64,000 nucleotides of DNA from an uncultured Clostridia bacterium (GCA_934462945.1 CAKSJF010000002.1:3743-67742); one strand, 5' to 3'. Positions 1 to 9,468 are shown, counted from the stretch's first letter. The notes: a model not told the origin generated them from the letters alone. Numbers and translations: made by a program.

Positions 1-268
1 CGTCCTTGACCGTCTGTACCCTGGATTCATTTTGAAATGCATCCGCCCAGACAACGGACGAAAACTCCACATCGCCTTGTGACGGTTTTATCCCAAATTC
101 TGCTCCTGCAAATGCAGCATCGGTTTCCAGGTAGAGATCAAAAGAGACTTCTGTATCATTTTTTCCTAACGTAATGCTGGTAGCCGACGGAGTGATTTGT
201 GCCGCATATGCAGAAATAGAAGAAAAGCATAGCGCCGCAGTCAGCAGTATTTTTTTAAATCTGTTCAT
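1..268 (-). CDS. Secreted cohesin-like domain protein, N-terminal part only (gene runs off the left edge)
   Basis: ATG at 268 is preceded by AGGAGGAAATT. My translation is MNRFKKILLTAALCFSSISAYAAQITPSATSITLGKNDTEVSFDLYLETDAAFAGAEFGIK..., a signal peptide followed by the first strands of a cohesin-type beta-sandwich. It is absent from the ORF track because it is open-ended. Confidence 0.6.
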   Translation of the reverse strand, partial: MNRFKKILLTAALCFSSISAYAAQITPSATSITLGKNDTEVSFDLYLETDAAFAGAEFGIKPSQGDVEFSSVVWADAFQNESRVQTVKD

Positions 269-294
269 AATTTCCTCCTGCAAAACCGTATCAA

Positions 295-2742
295 TTATTT
301 TGTAAAGTTCAGCCAGATTGCCATATAATCTTCTATGTCAATTCGGTTATCGCCGTTAAAGTCACATTTGGATGCCTTGCTCCACTCTGTGCTGTTCTGG
401 TCTGCGCGGTAATAAAGCTGTGCCTCGGTAATATCTAAAAGATCCACCGCGCCGTCTCCGTTCACGTCATAGGTGAGCGCGTCGGTAAAGGTCGCCTCTG
501 CCGGACTGATGCTGTTTACTGCGCCATAGCGGACATTCTGCTCCGAATCCCAGCCAGATACCTTTAAATTGGTGATTTTCAGAGATGCGTTTTCTGCGCC
601 GACCGTTATTTTTGCAACGTCGGTCGTCTTTTCGGCGGAAAACAGGCTGCTATCTGCATTTAAAAAGCCAAGCACCGAGGTGTATTGACCGTTTGCATCC
701 CGGCGGACATCCCCGATGACTGAAAAGCCGTTTGCCCCTGTCAGCTGTACCTCGTCCGCGGACGTTTCAAACGCCAGCTGAACATTTGCAATTCTTGCTG
801 CCTCTGAAAGCGAAAGGGTAAAATATGATTTCCCCTTTTCAGCTGCAACTCTGTCAGCTGTCAGAGCTGCTTTGGTTTCGATTTTCTCATCAAACGGCTG
901 TTCCGGTGAGCTGGAATCTGTCACCGTGACGGTGCAGAATGCGCTGATGCCGTTTGCAGATGCCGCCGTAATTTTTGCGCTTCCTGCCGAGACAGCGGTA
1001 ACAACACCCTTGCTGTCCACGGAGGCAACGGTACGATCTGAGCTTTCCCAGGTGACAGTCTTATCTGCCGCTGTCTGCGGAAGAACGGTTGCGGACAGCT
1101 GAAGCTTGTCGCCTTTTTTCATAGACGCAGAGGTTTTATTTAGCGTTATCTTTGTCACCTCATCGGTGTTTCCGCCCGGAATCGAGGAATCGATCACCGC
1201 AAAATATCCCAGGCTGTCTGTCTGTACCGTAAATGTTTTGCTGACCATAGAGGAGGAAACTTCCAGAATCTCGCTATCCTGCTCATGATACAGTCTTGCG
1301 TTTTTCGAGTAACCGTCCGGAAGTCCGATGCTTACGGTATAGGAATCAGCGCTGGTTTCCGGGTCGACAGAGATGTTGTATACGCGCAATGCTCCGTCAG
1401 CGGATTTTTCCAGAAATGCCTGATACGCATCCCCTGCATAAATTTCCTCTGTAATCAGACGGGAGCGCATAGAAAATTCGCCCTCCACCTTGATTTTTTG
1501 ATCAAGCTGAATCAGGTAGAAGTTTCCGGGTGTGATGGAATCCAGATTGGAGACATCGGGGAGTACCTCGTATTGATAGCCCCAGTCTGCAACATTGTTG
1601 ACTGCCCAACGCTCTCCGGTAGACCCTTTTTCTACATAGACGATCAGTGACCGCGGACTGTCCGGGAACATATCATATGCACCGAAGGTGTCGTCATTCG
1701 GAAATCCTATCACGCTCGCAGGAATGACAACTCTTTGCAGATTGGCACACCCCTCAAATGCTGCAAGCGTTATATTTGCAAGTCCATCCGGAAGCACCAG
1801 ATTTGTCAGCGATTTGCAGTCTGCAAAGGCATACATCTCAATATTTGATGCCGCATCGGGAAAATCAACCGAAGAAAGACTGGTACACCCTTTCAATAAG
1901 CTGTGCGGAATGCTTGTCATTCCTTTTGGCAGTTTTACATGCGTCAGCTTTGTGCAGTCCTCAAATGCGCCGGAATCGAGCCTTTCCACTGTGTCCGGGA
2001 TGGAAACGTCGGTCAGACCTGTTTTTTCAAATGCGTTTCCGCCTATAATTTTTACTGTTTCCGGGATGCTGATATCTGTTAATTTTTCAGCGCAGTTAAA
2101 AGCGCTTGCCCAGATGCGGTCTACCGTTCTGCCATTGACACGTTCCGGTATGGTGTAGCCGCCCGCTCTGCCGCTTGGATAAGCTGTCAGAGTCAGGTTC
2201 GGATTGTCGTATTGCGGAACGCCCTCGTCCACCCACGGACCAAACATAACGCCGTTTTCATCGGTGACATAATAGGGGTTTTCCGGATGAACCGTGATTT
2301 TGTCCATGCTGGTGCAGCCCTTGAATACGTTTGCTGTTACATAGGTTGCGACTGCCGGAATTTCGCACTCGGTTAATTTCGGGCAGTTGGCAAAAGCGCT
2401 CAGGCGGATAATCATATCCGCGCCGTCTGTCGGGTCTTCAAAAATAATGCGTTCCAGCTCGGTGCAGCCGTCAAATGCATGATATCCGATCACCTGCACA
2501 CTTCCCGGAATTGTCACACTTGTAATGTTGTCGTTGTTTAAAAATGCTTCCCCGGCAATGATGGTGACGGTATCGGGGATTGTAATATCTCCGCCGTTGC
2601 CGTAATATCCGAGAAGCTGACCGTCTTTAATATTTGCGCCGATCAATCCGTCATTTCCGGCGGATACGCTGACGGAAAATCCCATCAGCATAGCCGCGGC
2701 TGTGATCAGTGCAGATAATTTGTTTTTGATTTTCTGTTTCAT
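295..2742 (-). CDS. Secreted BspA-type leucine-rich-repeat protein with Big_2 Ig-like domain, cohesin-like module and C-terminal dockerin
   Basis: 815-aa ORF with an N-terminal signal peptide. It has many IP.TV..I...AF..C..L repeats (LRR_5/BspA type) and a Big_2-like segment (VTKITLNKTSASMKKGDKLQLSATVLPQTAADKTVTWESSD). The C-terminus carries a duplicated EF-hand-like dockerin (DVNGDGAVDLLDITEAQLYY ... CDFNGDNRIDIEDYMAIW). AAGGAG RBS. Confidence 0.85.
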   Translation of the reverse strand: MKQKIKNKLSALITAAAMLMGFSVSVSAGNDGLIGANIKDGQLLGYYGNGGDITIPDTVTIIAGEAFLNNDNITSVTIPGSVQVIGYHAFDGCTELERIIFEDPTDGADMIIRLSAFANCPKLTECEIPAVATYVTANVFKGCTSMDKITVHPENPYYVTDENGVMFGPWVDEGVPQYDNPNLTLTAYPSGRAGGYTIPERVNGRTVDRIWASAFNCAEKLTDISIPETVKIIGGNAFEKTGLTDVSIPDTVERLDSGAFEDCTKLTHVKLPKGMTSIPHSLLKGCTSLSSVDFPDAASNIEMYAFADCKSLTNLVLPDGLANITLAAFEGCANLQRVVIPASVIGFPNDDTFGAYDMFPDSPRSLIVYVEKGSTGERWAVNNVADWGYQYEVLPDVSNLDSITPGNFYLIQLDQKIKVEGEFSMRSRLITEEIYAGDAYQAFLEKSADGALRVYNISVDPETSADSYTVSIGLPDGYSKNARLYHEQDSEILEVSSSMVSKTFTVQTDSLGYFAVIDSSIPGGNTDEVTKITLNKTSASMKKGDKLQLSATVLPQTAADKTVTWESSDRTVASVDSKGVVTAVSAGSAKITAASANGISAFCTVTVTDSSSPEQPFDEKIETKAALTADRVAAEKGKSYFTLSLSEAARIANVQLAFETSADEVQLTGANGFSVIGDVRRDANGQYTSVLGFLNADSSLFSAEKTTDVAKITVGAENASLKITNLKVSGWDSEQNVRYGAVNSISPAEATFTDALTYDVNGDGAVDLLDITEAQLYYRADQNSTEWSKASKCDFNGDNRIDIEDYMAIWLNFTK

Positions 2743-2754
2743 CTCTGCTCCTTA

Positions 2755-4395
2755 TTAAAAATCACTTAAGTGGTTGAAAATGCCTATGTAGTCCTCAATG
2801 TCTACCTTGTTATCGCCGTTTACATCCATCACCTGTGCTTTTTCGCTCCAGTTTGCGTCTGCCGGAGTTGCCTGGTAATATCTCTGTGCCTCGGTGATAT
2901 CGATAATATCAACCGTTCCGTCGTCGTTTACGTCATAGCCAGGAACAAATACACTTGCTGTGTCGGTGATGACGGTTACAGTGCCGTTCATTGCCGATTC
3001 GTCCTCGCCAACTACACCGGCTGCTTTCACAGCGGTGATCCCGGCAGTGATATTTCCGCTGATGCCAGCCTTTACCGGAACAGAAATTTCCGCAAGCTTT
3101 GTTTTTTCGTCAGAGGAGAAACCGGTAACGTTTCCTGTTATGCCGAGGTATGCTTTTAAGATCAGCTTGCCGTTCTCCTCTGCCCAGGTGGATGTTCCGC
3201 TGGTGAACTGACCGTTTGCCGGTACAACGATACCTGCATCAACCTGAGCAGCATCAAATGAAACCTTTAAAAGAACGGTACTTACATTTTCAGCCGTATC
3301 CAGGTAAATGCTATAAACCGCTTTTCCGTCCTTGATTTCAGGCTCTGCGGCAATGGAAACCGACGCAGAAACCGTTTTTACCTCCGGTTCTGAACCCAAA
3401 ACGGTTACTGTGGTGTTTTCGGGTGTGTAGTATTTTGATGAATAGATAGAGGTGGGTTCAAAGGCTTTTGCAACATCCTTGTTTTTTACTACAATTTTGC
3501 TGCCGGCTTTCATTTCGGTGCAAAGTTCAGAGCCGAGTGTGGGAGCGGTTTCGTGTTCCAGAATAATTTCTTCAATCGCTTGCATGTTGTGGAAAGTGTA
3601 GCCGCCCAGACTTGTTACGGTTTGCGGAACGGTTACCTTTTTCAGTGTGGCATTGCCTCTGAATGTGTGCATTGCGGTGGAGGTTATGGGTTTGCCGTTC
3701 ACCTCTGCCGGAATGGTAAACTCTGTTTCGGTTTTTCCGCCGGGGTATGCGACCATAACGGCATTGTCTCCGCTGACGTTATAGAGAATGTTGTCTGCGG
3801 TTGCAAAGCTTTGCGCGCCGTCCTTCATTCTGATGGAGGTAAGCGCATTACAGCCGTACAGAAAGTTAAACCGTGTGGAACTGAATCTTGCCGGCAGCTC
3901 GATGGAGGTAAGTGAAGTACAGTTTGCGAAGGATCCCATGTTAATGGTCAGCGAAGCTGCGGTATCCTCGGAAAATGTCACGGTATCCAGTGCAGAGCAG
4001 TCAGAAAATGCTGATGAACCGATGGTGCTTACCGACCCGGGGATGATTACGCTTTTCAGATTGATGCAACTTAAAAAAGCTTCCGAACCAATATCTGTAT
4101 ACCCCTCCGGAATCGTAACACCGGTGATTTGCTCATTGCCCTTGAAAGCGTCGCCGATTTCGGTAATCTTGTAGGTACCGCTGGGGAACTCTGCCTCGGT
4201 CGGCAGAACAATGTCGCCGCCCTTTCCGTTGTAGGACTTTACTTTTGTGGTATAGCTTCCGTAGGAATAAGAGCGGTCGATTGTAAAGTCGCCGACATCC
4301 ACGAGAGCTGCATGTACGCCGGCTGCACTGATTCCCATAAGAATCACAGCCGAACACATCGTGATTGTAATTTTTCTGAATATATTTTTCATCAT
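2755..4395 (-). CDS. Secreted BspA-type LRR protein with cohesin-like module and C-terminal dockerin
   Basis: 546-aa ORF with a signal peptide and LRR_5 repeats. The cohesin-like segment is VLLKVSFDAAQVDAGIVVPANGQF...KLILKAYLGITGNVTGFSSDEKTKLAEISVPV. The dockerin is DVNDDGTVDIIDITEAQRYY ... MDVNGDNKVDIEDYIGIF. Confidence 0.85.
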   Translation of the reverse strand: MMKNIFRKITITMCSAVILMGISAAGVHAALVDVGDFTIDRSYSYGSYTTKVKSYNGKGGDIVLPTEAEFPSGTYKITEIGDAFKGNEQITGVTIPEGYTDIGSEAFLSCINLKSVIIPGSVSTIGSSAFSDCSALDTVTFSEDTAASLTINMGSFANCTSLTSIELPARFSSTRFNFLYGCNALTSIRMKDGAQSFATADNILYNVSGDNAVMVAYPGGKTETEFTIPAEVNGKPITSTAMHTFRGNATLKKVTVPQTVTSLGGYTFHNMQAIEEIILEHETAPTLGSELCTEMKAGSKIVVKNKDVAKAFEPTSIYSSKYYTPENTTVTVLGSEPEVKTVSASVSIAAEPEIKDGKAVYSIYLDTAENVSTVLLKVSFDAAQVDAGIVVPANGQFTSGTSTWAEENGKLILKAYLGITGNVTGFSSDEKTKLAEISVPVKAGISGNITAGITAVKAAGVVGEDESAMNGTVTVITDTASVFVPGYDVNDDGTVDIIDITEAQRYYQATPADANWSEKAQVMDVNGDNKVDIEDYIGIFNHLSDF

Positions 4396-4407
4396 ATCGT
4401 CTCCGTT

Positions 4408-5160
4408 CTAATCATTGATTGTAAATTTCTCCGCAAGCGGATGCATCGAATCAGCGTCCCAAAGCAGGATGGAGCAAGCCTGAGACAGCGTGGCTTCGTC
4501 TGCGGATATTTCATTTTCGCCCTGGCTTAATTCAATTCTTTCTTTCTGCGTGCCGGTCAGTCTGCCGGTTTCATCATAGGAGGCAAATATCAAATCTGCA
4601 CTGCGGTTTTCAGAAGAAAGAATATGGATATTGTTCTGATCAAGACTTAAAATACTGCATTCCCGGACGGTATAGCGCACGGTACTGTCCGGAACGGTTA
4701 TCGTTCCCTTTTGTGCGCTGCTGTCGGTTTGAAGGATGCCTGCGCATACTGCCCCGGATACAGACGCTGTTACCTCGCCGGTTTTTGTAATATCCAGCGG
4801 AATTGAAATTTGAGCCACCTGTACTTTATTGTCAGAGGAAAACCCTGCTTTCTGTCCGGTTCTGCCCAGATATGCCTTTAAGGAGGTATTGTCTCCGTTC
4901 GACCATTCGCTATGCGAAATGTCAAAGCAATCGCTTTCGGAAAGCTTCATTTCTCCTGCGCCGTCTGCCATAAAATCCAGCCGGAATATAAGCGTGCTCA
5001 GAGCATTTGTGTTCTGAATATACACATCATAATCAATTCCCTCCGCTGTCCGTCTTGGTTCAAGGGTCAGTGTAGTCTCCGGAGCTGCGGCAGCCGCTGT
5101 AATATTTGCTGTCAAAAGCATTGCTGCAAGCAGTCTGGCTGATTTTTTTTGTTTTAACAT
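4408..5160 (-). CDS. Secreted cohesin-like domain protein (no dockerin)
   Basis: The ORF track gives 4408..5232. I place the start at the internal ATG (MLKQKKSARLLAAMLL...), which has a GAAAGAGGTG RBS and begins the signal peptide. The cohesin-like core is LIFRLDFMADGAGEMKL...SLKAYLGRTGQKAGFSSDNKVQVAQISIPL. Confidence 0.75.
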   Translation of the reverse strand: MLKQKKSARLLAAMLLTANITAAAAAPETTLTLEPRRTAEGIDYDVYIQNTNALSTLIFRLDFMADGAGEMKLSESDCFDISHSEWSNGDNTSLKAYLGRTGQKAGFSSDNKVQVAQISIPLDITKTGEVTASVSGAVCAGILQTDSSAQKGTITVPDSTVRYTVRECSILSLDQNNIHILSSENRSADLIFASYDETGRLTGTQKERIELSQGENEISADEATLSQACSILLWDADSMHPLAEKFTIND

Positions 5161-5178
5161 GTTGTCACCTCTTTCTTG

Positions 5179-5194
5179 GTTAGTTGCAACTAAC
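5179..5194. promoter_or_regulatory. Palindromic operator candidate GTTAGTTGCAACTAAC (copy 1)
   Basis: Perfect 6-N4-6 inverted repeat lying directly between the RBS of the 4408..5160 gene and its upstream region. Confidence 0.5.
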
Positions 5195-5244
5195 CTTATG
5201 TTAAAAAAATAAAAGACTCTTTTTCTATGCATCCCTCCAAAATA

Positions 5245-5260
5245 GTTAGACTAAACTAAC
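5245..5260. promoter_or_regulatory. Palindromic operator candidate GTTAGACTAAACTAAC (copy 2)
   Basis: Same GTTAGW-N4-ACTAAC architecture with one mismatch, located 66 bp from copy 1. Confidence 0.45.
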
Positions 5261-5386
5261 TGCATGTCTTTTAAAAAGAGCCGCGTCTCACAGCTCCGAT
5301 GTTTGGTCGTCACACCATAATTAACAAAACAGAGTATAGCACATCCTTTTTGCCTTGTCAATACTATAAAAAATTTTTGTAGATAC

Positions 5387-5415
5387 TTTACAAATGAATT
5401 TCTTTATGCTATACT
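5387..5415 (+). promoter_or_regulatory. Sigma-A-type promoter of the S8 protease gene
   Basis: TTTACA (5387-5392), 17-nt spacer, TATACT (5410-5415), about 70 nt upstream of the ATG at 5485. Confidence 0.5.
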
Positions 5416-5422
5416 TTACCTT

Positions 5423-5438
5423 GTTAGTCGTCACTAAC
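5423..5438. promoter_or_regulatory. Palindromic operator candidate GTTAGTCGTCACTAAC (copy 3)
   Basis: Perfect 6-N4-6 inverted repeat beginning 8 nt downstream of the predicted -10 box, a position where a bound repressor would block transcription. Confidence 0.5.
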
Positions 5439-5484
5439 CGTAAATAACGCCAACTTATTTACGAAAGGATTTACAGAATAAAAG

Positions 5485-8400
5485 ATGAATAACAAAGTTT
5501 TAAAACGGATTGCATCTGTCTTTGTTTCTGCATGCCTTCTTGCTTCCGGCTCGGAGGTGTTTGCGGATACAGACGGTATTTTTGCGGCGGCATCTGATTC
5601 TTTTGAAAATGCTAAAAGAGGAGAAATTGTCCGCATTGTCGTTGAACTGGAGGATGCGCCGCTTCTTTCACGCGGCAAAGCGGTCAGCACGTATGCAAGT
5701 GTTTCCGATTTTCTTGCGTCTGATGAAGCAAAAAAGATGGAACAAAGGATTGAACAAAATCATAAAGCCGCAAAAAAAGCGCTTGTCGCAAGCGGTCTGG
5801 ATGTTACCGTCCGGCGGGAATATTCTGCGGTGATAAACGGACTGGCAGTGGAAGCGAATGCATCTGATTTGCAATCGATCAAAGAAACTGACGGTGTAAA
5901 GGATGCGTTTGTCGCGGAGTTTTATCAGGTTCCGGAGCCGGTGCATACCTATTCAGGCGGCGGTGTTTCTGCAATCGGAGCGGATATTGTCGGCGAACAG
6001 CTTGGCTTTACCGGTAAAAACAGCGCCATTGCGATTCTTGATACGGGACTTGATTTGTCACATCCGGCATTTTCTTCTGTCAACAGTCCCAGATATTCCA
6101 AAGAAGATATTGAAAATGTCATTCAGAACAATAAGATGACGATTGGAAAGCTGAATGTTTCCAAAGTTTACATCAACGATAAAATCCCGTATGCATACGA
6201 CTATGCGGATGTGGATACCAATGTTTCAGGCGGAAATTCACACGGCACGCATGTTGCAGGAATTGCAGGGGCAAACAGCGGCGGTGTGATTGAGGGAGTT
6301 GCGCCTGATGCACAGCTGCTGATTATGAAGGTGTTCGGGGATGCAACCGGCGGCGCGTATGATGATGATATTTTGGCTGCGCTGGACGATTCTGTAAAAT
6401 TTGGCGTAGACGCCATCAATATGAGTCTTGGCTCGACAGCAGGCTTTTCGGAAAGTGCATACAAGTCCATGCGTGAGGTATATAACCGCGTCCGGGATTC
6501 TGGAATTGCCCTCTACTGCGCAGCAGGAAATGAATACAGCTCGGCATACCAGAATGCCGCCGGCAATGACCTGCCGAAAGCAACAGAACCGGATAACGGT
6601 ACTGTTGCATCTCCGTCCACCTACGAGGCGGCGCTTTCGGTGGCAAGCATGAACAATATCGAAACAACCTCGGTATATCTTTTGGCAAACGGAAGAAAAA
6701 TCCGCTATCTTGATCCGGCTGAAACAGAAAGCGGTCAGCTGATCTCGCTTTCGGGTACATTTTCGTATGTGGACTGCGGTGTCGGTGCTGCGGGAGATTT
6801 TTCGGGTAAGAATTTAAAGGGAAAAATCGCTTTGATTCAGCGTGCCGGGGAGGAAAACGGAGAAATACTCACCTTTGCCCAAAAGGAAACCAATGCAAAA
6901 AATGCAGGTGCGGTTGCTGCGATTATTTATGATAATGTAGACGGCGAGCTTGTGAATATGTCCACGGATAACCGGATTCCGTGCGTCTTTATCAGCAGAG
7001 CCGACGGCGAATACCTTTGTGCGCAGACGGATCAACGGCTTTCGGTCAGTGAGGATTATGTGGACGATTTCCGCGACCGTTATAGCGGTAAAATGAGTGA
7101 TTTTTCTTCCTGGGGTGTTACGCCGGATCTGAAATTAAAGCCTGAAATCACTGCTCCCGGCGGAGATATTTATTCTTCGCTCCCAAACGGACTCTATGGC
7201 AATATGAGCGGTACTTCTATGGCATCGCCGCATATGGCAGGTGCGGCGGCTGTAATGAGCCAGTATCTTTGCGAAAACAGAAACGGTCTTAATATGACAG
7301 CCGGGGAAAGAACCAGTCTTATGAATGCGCTTATGATGAGTACGGCAGCTCCGGTCCGGGATGAAAACGACATTCCGTATTCCCCGAGAAAGCAGGGCGC
7401 AGGACTTGTTCAGCTTCAGAATGCCGTCAAAACAGACGCGTTCCTGTTAAATACGGATAACGGCAGACCAAAGGCGGAGCTTGGCTATCAGGAAAACGGA
7501 AATTTTGCGTTTGATTTCAAAGCGGTTTCTATGAGCGAAAGTACCATCGAATACGAGCCTGCGGTAACTGTTCTGACCGAAAAAACTGTCACGGAAAACA
7601 ATATTGTTTATATAGCGCAGAAAGACAGAAAGCTTTCGGAGGACGAGGTAACTGTCAGCGTTCCGGAAAAAATAACGCTCCCGGCAAACGGGGAAACGAA
7701 AATACAAGTCAGGATTGCGCTGACCGAAACGGGGAAAGCCAATTTAAAAAAGGATTTTCCGAATGGAATCTATGTGGAGGGGTATGTCACGCTGAATCCG
7801 GTACAGGATGGCGAGACGGCGCTTTCCTATCCGTTTATGGGTTTTTTCGGAGACTGGCAGTCGCTTTCTATGTTCGACTCCGATATTTATGATGATCAGC
7901 CGGCATCCATTTGCGAAACCCGGATCGGGCAGTTCAGAAACAGTGACGGCGGCGGATATATTCTCGGTCACAATTATTATGTGTCAGGATCGGAGGAATA
8001 TAACGCCGATAAAATTGCGATCAAAGGAAATGAGTCCGGAAAGAATGTCACTGCCGCAGTTTCTCTTTTAAGAAATGCAGAGAAACTTACTTTCTCGGTG
8101 GATGATCCCGAGGGAAATACTGTCTATAGCGAAAGTTCCTCAAAGGTTTCAAAAACCTATCACTCCTCAGAGGGTTATTATACGCCGATGGCGGCAAAAG
8201 GCTGGGAACCGTTTGACGCGTGGAATGCTCCGCTGGATGACGGAAAATATGTATATAAAGTCACAGCGGCGCTGGGCGGTCATGAAGAAACAAAATCTTT
8301 TCCGATTGTGATAGACAGCGTTGCGCCGGAGGTAATCGCAAGCAGAATCGAGGGTGCAAGCTGGATTGTGAGCGTGCACGATAACCATTATATTCAGGGC

Positions 8401-9468
8401 GCGTGTGTCACAGCAAACGGGGATACACCTCTTACAAGCTGGATTGAGCCGGATGCGCCGGCAGCAGATGCCGTGTCGGAAATTGTGTTCGATTTGTCCG
8501 CTCCCGAATTTAAGGGACTGACACAGGCGAAAATTGCGCTGATTGATTATGCCGGAAATACCTATCTTTCGGACTACTATTCGCTTTCGGGTGCGTCTGT
8601 GGTCTATCCGCAGTCGGTCACGCTGGATCAATTCTCGCTCATCCTGACCGAGGGCGAGAGTGCAAAGCTGACAGCGGAGGTTTTGCCGCAGAATGCCTCG
8701 AACAGAACCGTTACCTGGAGCACTTCTCGTGCAGATGTGGCGGAAATCTCCCAAAACGGAACGGTTCATGCAAAAAAAGCCGGAAGTGCGGTGATCACAG
8801 CTGAAACCGTCAACGGCATTCAAGCAAGCTGTGAAATTACCGTTCAGGCAAAAGCGACCGAAAACACTCCGGTTACGGCGGCTGTCACAGCAAAACGGAA
8901 CACCTTTACCGGAGATATCATACCGTTTGGATTTCAGCTTGGAAATATGAAAAGGGTTGCAACGGTGTCCTTTACATTTGAAAAGGATGAGGCTTTGCAG
9001 TTTGCCAATCTGATCGGGAAGAACGGATTCACTCCGCTTGGAATCAAGTGGAATGACGACAACACGGCAACAATCGCACTGTCCTATCTGCAAAGCGGAG
9101 CAGGCGGAAGCGTGACGAAAACCGAGCTTTTGGATGTGGCAGAGGTGCAGTTTCAAGCCATTCTTCAGGATATGTCGGTCGGAATCAGGCTGATTGACGT
9201 ATCGGCGGCAGGGTATGACGGGAATGGAAAAGCAGTCTATTTCACCACAAAAATTACCGCTGCGGCGGCAGATACCGCCATCAGCAGTAAGCCGAGCTGT
9301 GATGTAAACGGCGACGGTGTGATTGATCTTCTCGATATTACTTATTGTCAGAAATATTACCGAAAAGATCAGACCTCGTCTGATTGGAATGCTTTTAAGC
9401 ATTGCGATCTGGACGATAGCGGCGTCATTGATATACAGGATCTGATTATCATTTTAAAGGCTATGTAA
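5485..9468 (+). CDS. Subtilisin-family (S8) serine endopeptidase, lactocepin/C5a-peptidase-like, with PA domain, Big_2 domain, cohesin-like module and C-terminal dockerin
   Basis: 1327-aa ORF with a signal peptide. Catalytic triad motifs are AILDTGLD, HGTHVAGIA and GTSMASPHMAG. The PA insert is GKIALIQRAGEENGE...GAVAAIIYDN. Big_2 is TLDQFSLILTEGESAKLTAEVLPQNASNRTVTWSTS. The dockerin is CDVNGDGVIDLLDITYCQKYY ... CDLDDSGVIDIQDLIIIL. Confidence 0.9.
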   Translation: MNNKVLKRIASVFVSACLLASGSEVFADTDGIFAAASDSFENAKRGEIVRIVVELEDAPLLSRGKAVSTYASVSDFLASDEAKKMEQRIEQNHKAAKKALVASGLDVTVRREYSAVINGLAVEANASDLQSIKETDGVKDAFVAEFYQVPEPVHTYSGGGVSAIGADIVGEQLGFTGKNSAIAILDTGLDLSHPAFSSVNSPRYSKEDIENVIQNNKMTIGKLNVSKVYINDKIPYAYDYADVDTNVSGGNSHGTHVAGIAGANSGGVIEGVAPDAQLLIMKVFGDATGGAYDDDILAALDDSVKFGVDAINMSLGSTAGFSESAYKSMREVYNRVRDSGIALYCAAGNEYSSAYQNAAGNDLPKATEPDNGTVASPSTYEAALSVASMNNIETTSVYLLANGRKIRYLDPAETESGQLISLSGTFSYVDCGVGAAGDFSGKNLKGKIALIQRAGEENGEILTFAQKETNAKNAGAVAAIIYDNVDGELVNMSTDNRIPCVFISRADGEYLCAQTDQRLSVSEDYVDDFRDRYSGKMSDFSSWGVTPDLKLKPEITAPGGDIYSSLPNGLYGNMSGTSMASPHMAGAAAVMSQYLCENRNGLNMTAGERTSLMNALMMSTAAPVRDENDIPYSPRKQGAGLVQLQNAVKTDAFLLNTDNGRPKAELGYQENGNFAFDFKAVSMSESTIEYEPAVTVLTEKTVTENNIVYIAQKDRKLSEDEVTVSVPEKITLPANGETKIQVRIALTETGKANLKKDFPNGIYVEGYVTLNPVQDGETALSYPFMGFFGDWQSLSMFDSDIYDDQPASICETRIGQFRNSDGGGYILGHNYYVSGSEEYNADKIAIKGNESGKNVTAAVSLLRNAEKLTFSVDDPEGNTVYSESSSKVSKTYHSSEGYYTPMAAKGWEPFDAWNAPLDDGKYVYKVTAALGGHEETKSFPIVIDSVAPEVIASRIEGASWIVSVHDNHYIQGACVTANGDTPLTSWIEPDAPAADAVSEIVFDLSAPEFKGLTQAKIALIDYAGNTYLSDYYSLSGASVVYPQSVTLDQFSLILTEGESAKLTAEVLPQNASNRTVTWSTSRADVAEISQNGTVHAKKAGSAVITAETVNGIQASCEITVQAKATENTPVTAAVTAKRNTFTGDIIPFGFQLGNMKRVATVSFTFEKDEALQFANLIGKNGFTPLGIKWNDDNTATIALSYLQSGAGGSVTKTELLDVAEVQFQAILQDMSVGIRLIDVSAAGYDGNGKAVYFTTKITAAAADTAISSKPSCDVNGDGVIDLLDITYCQKYYRKDQTSSDWNAFKHCDLDDSGVIDIQDLIIILKAM

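Noticed and set aside
5424-5690. 88-aa minus-strand ORF across the S8 promoter and signal-peptide region
   Set aside because: It overlaps the predicted promoter, the operator and the start of a strongly supported gene, and it has no RBS. It is likely spurious.
8167-9402. 411-aa ORF on the minus strand inside the S8 protease gene
   Set aside because: It is fully antisense to a strongly supported CDS. Its composition is Arg/Cys/Ile-rich and low-complexity, it has no RBS, and it has no recognisable motif. It is a shadow ORF.
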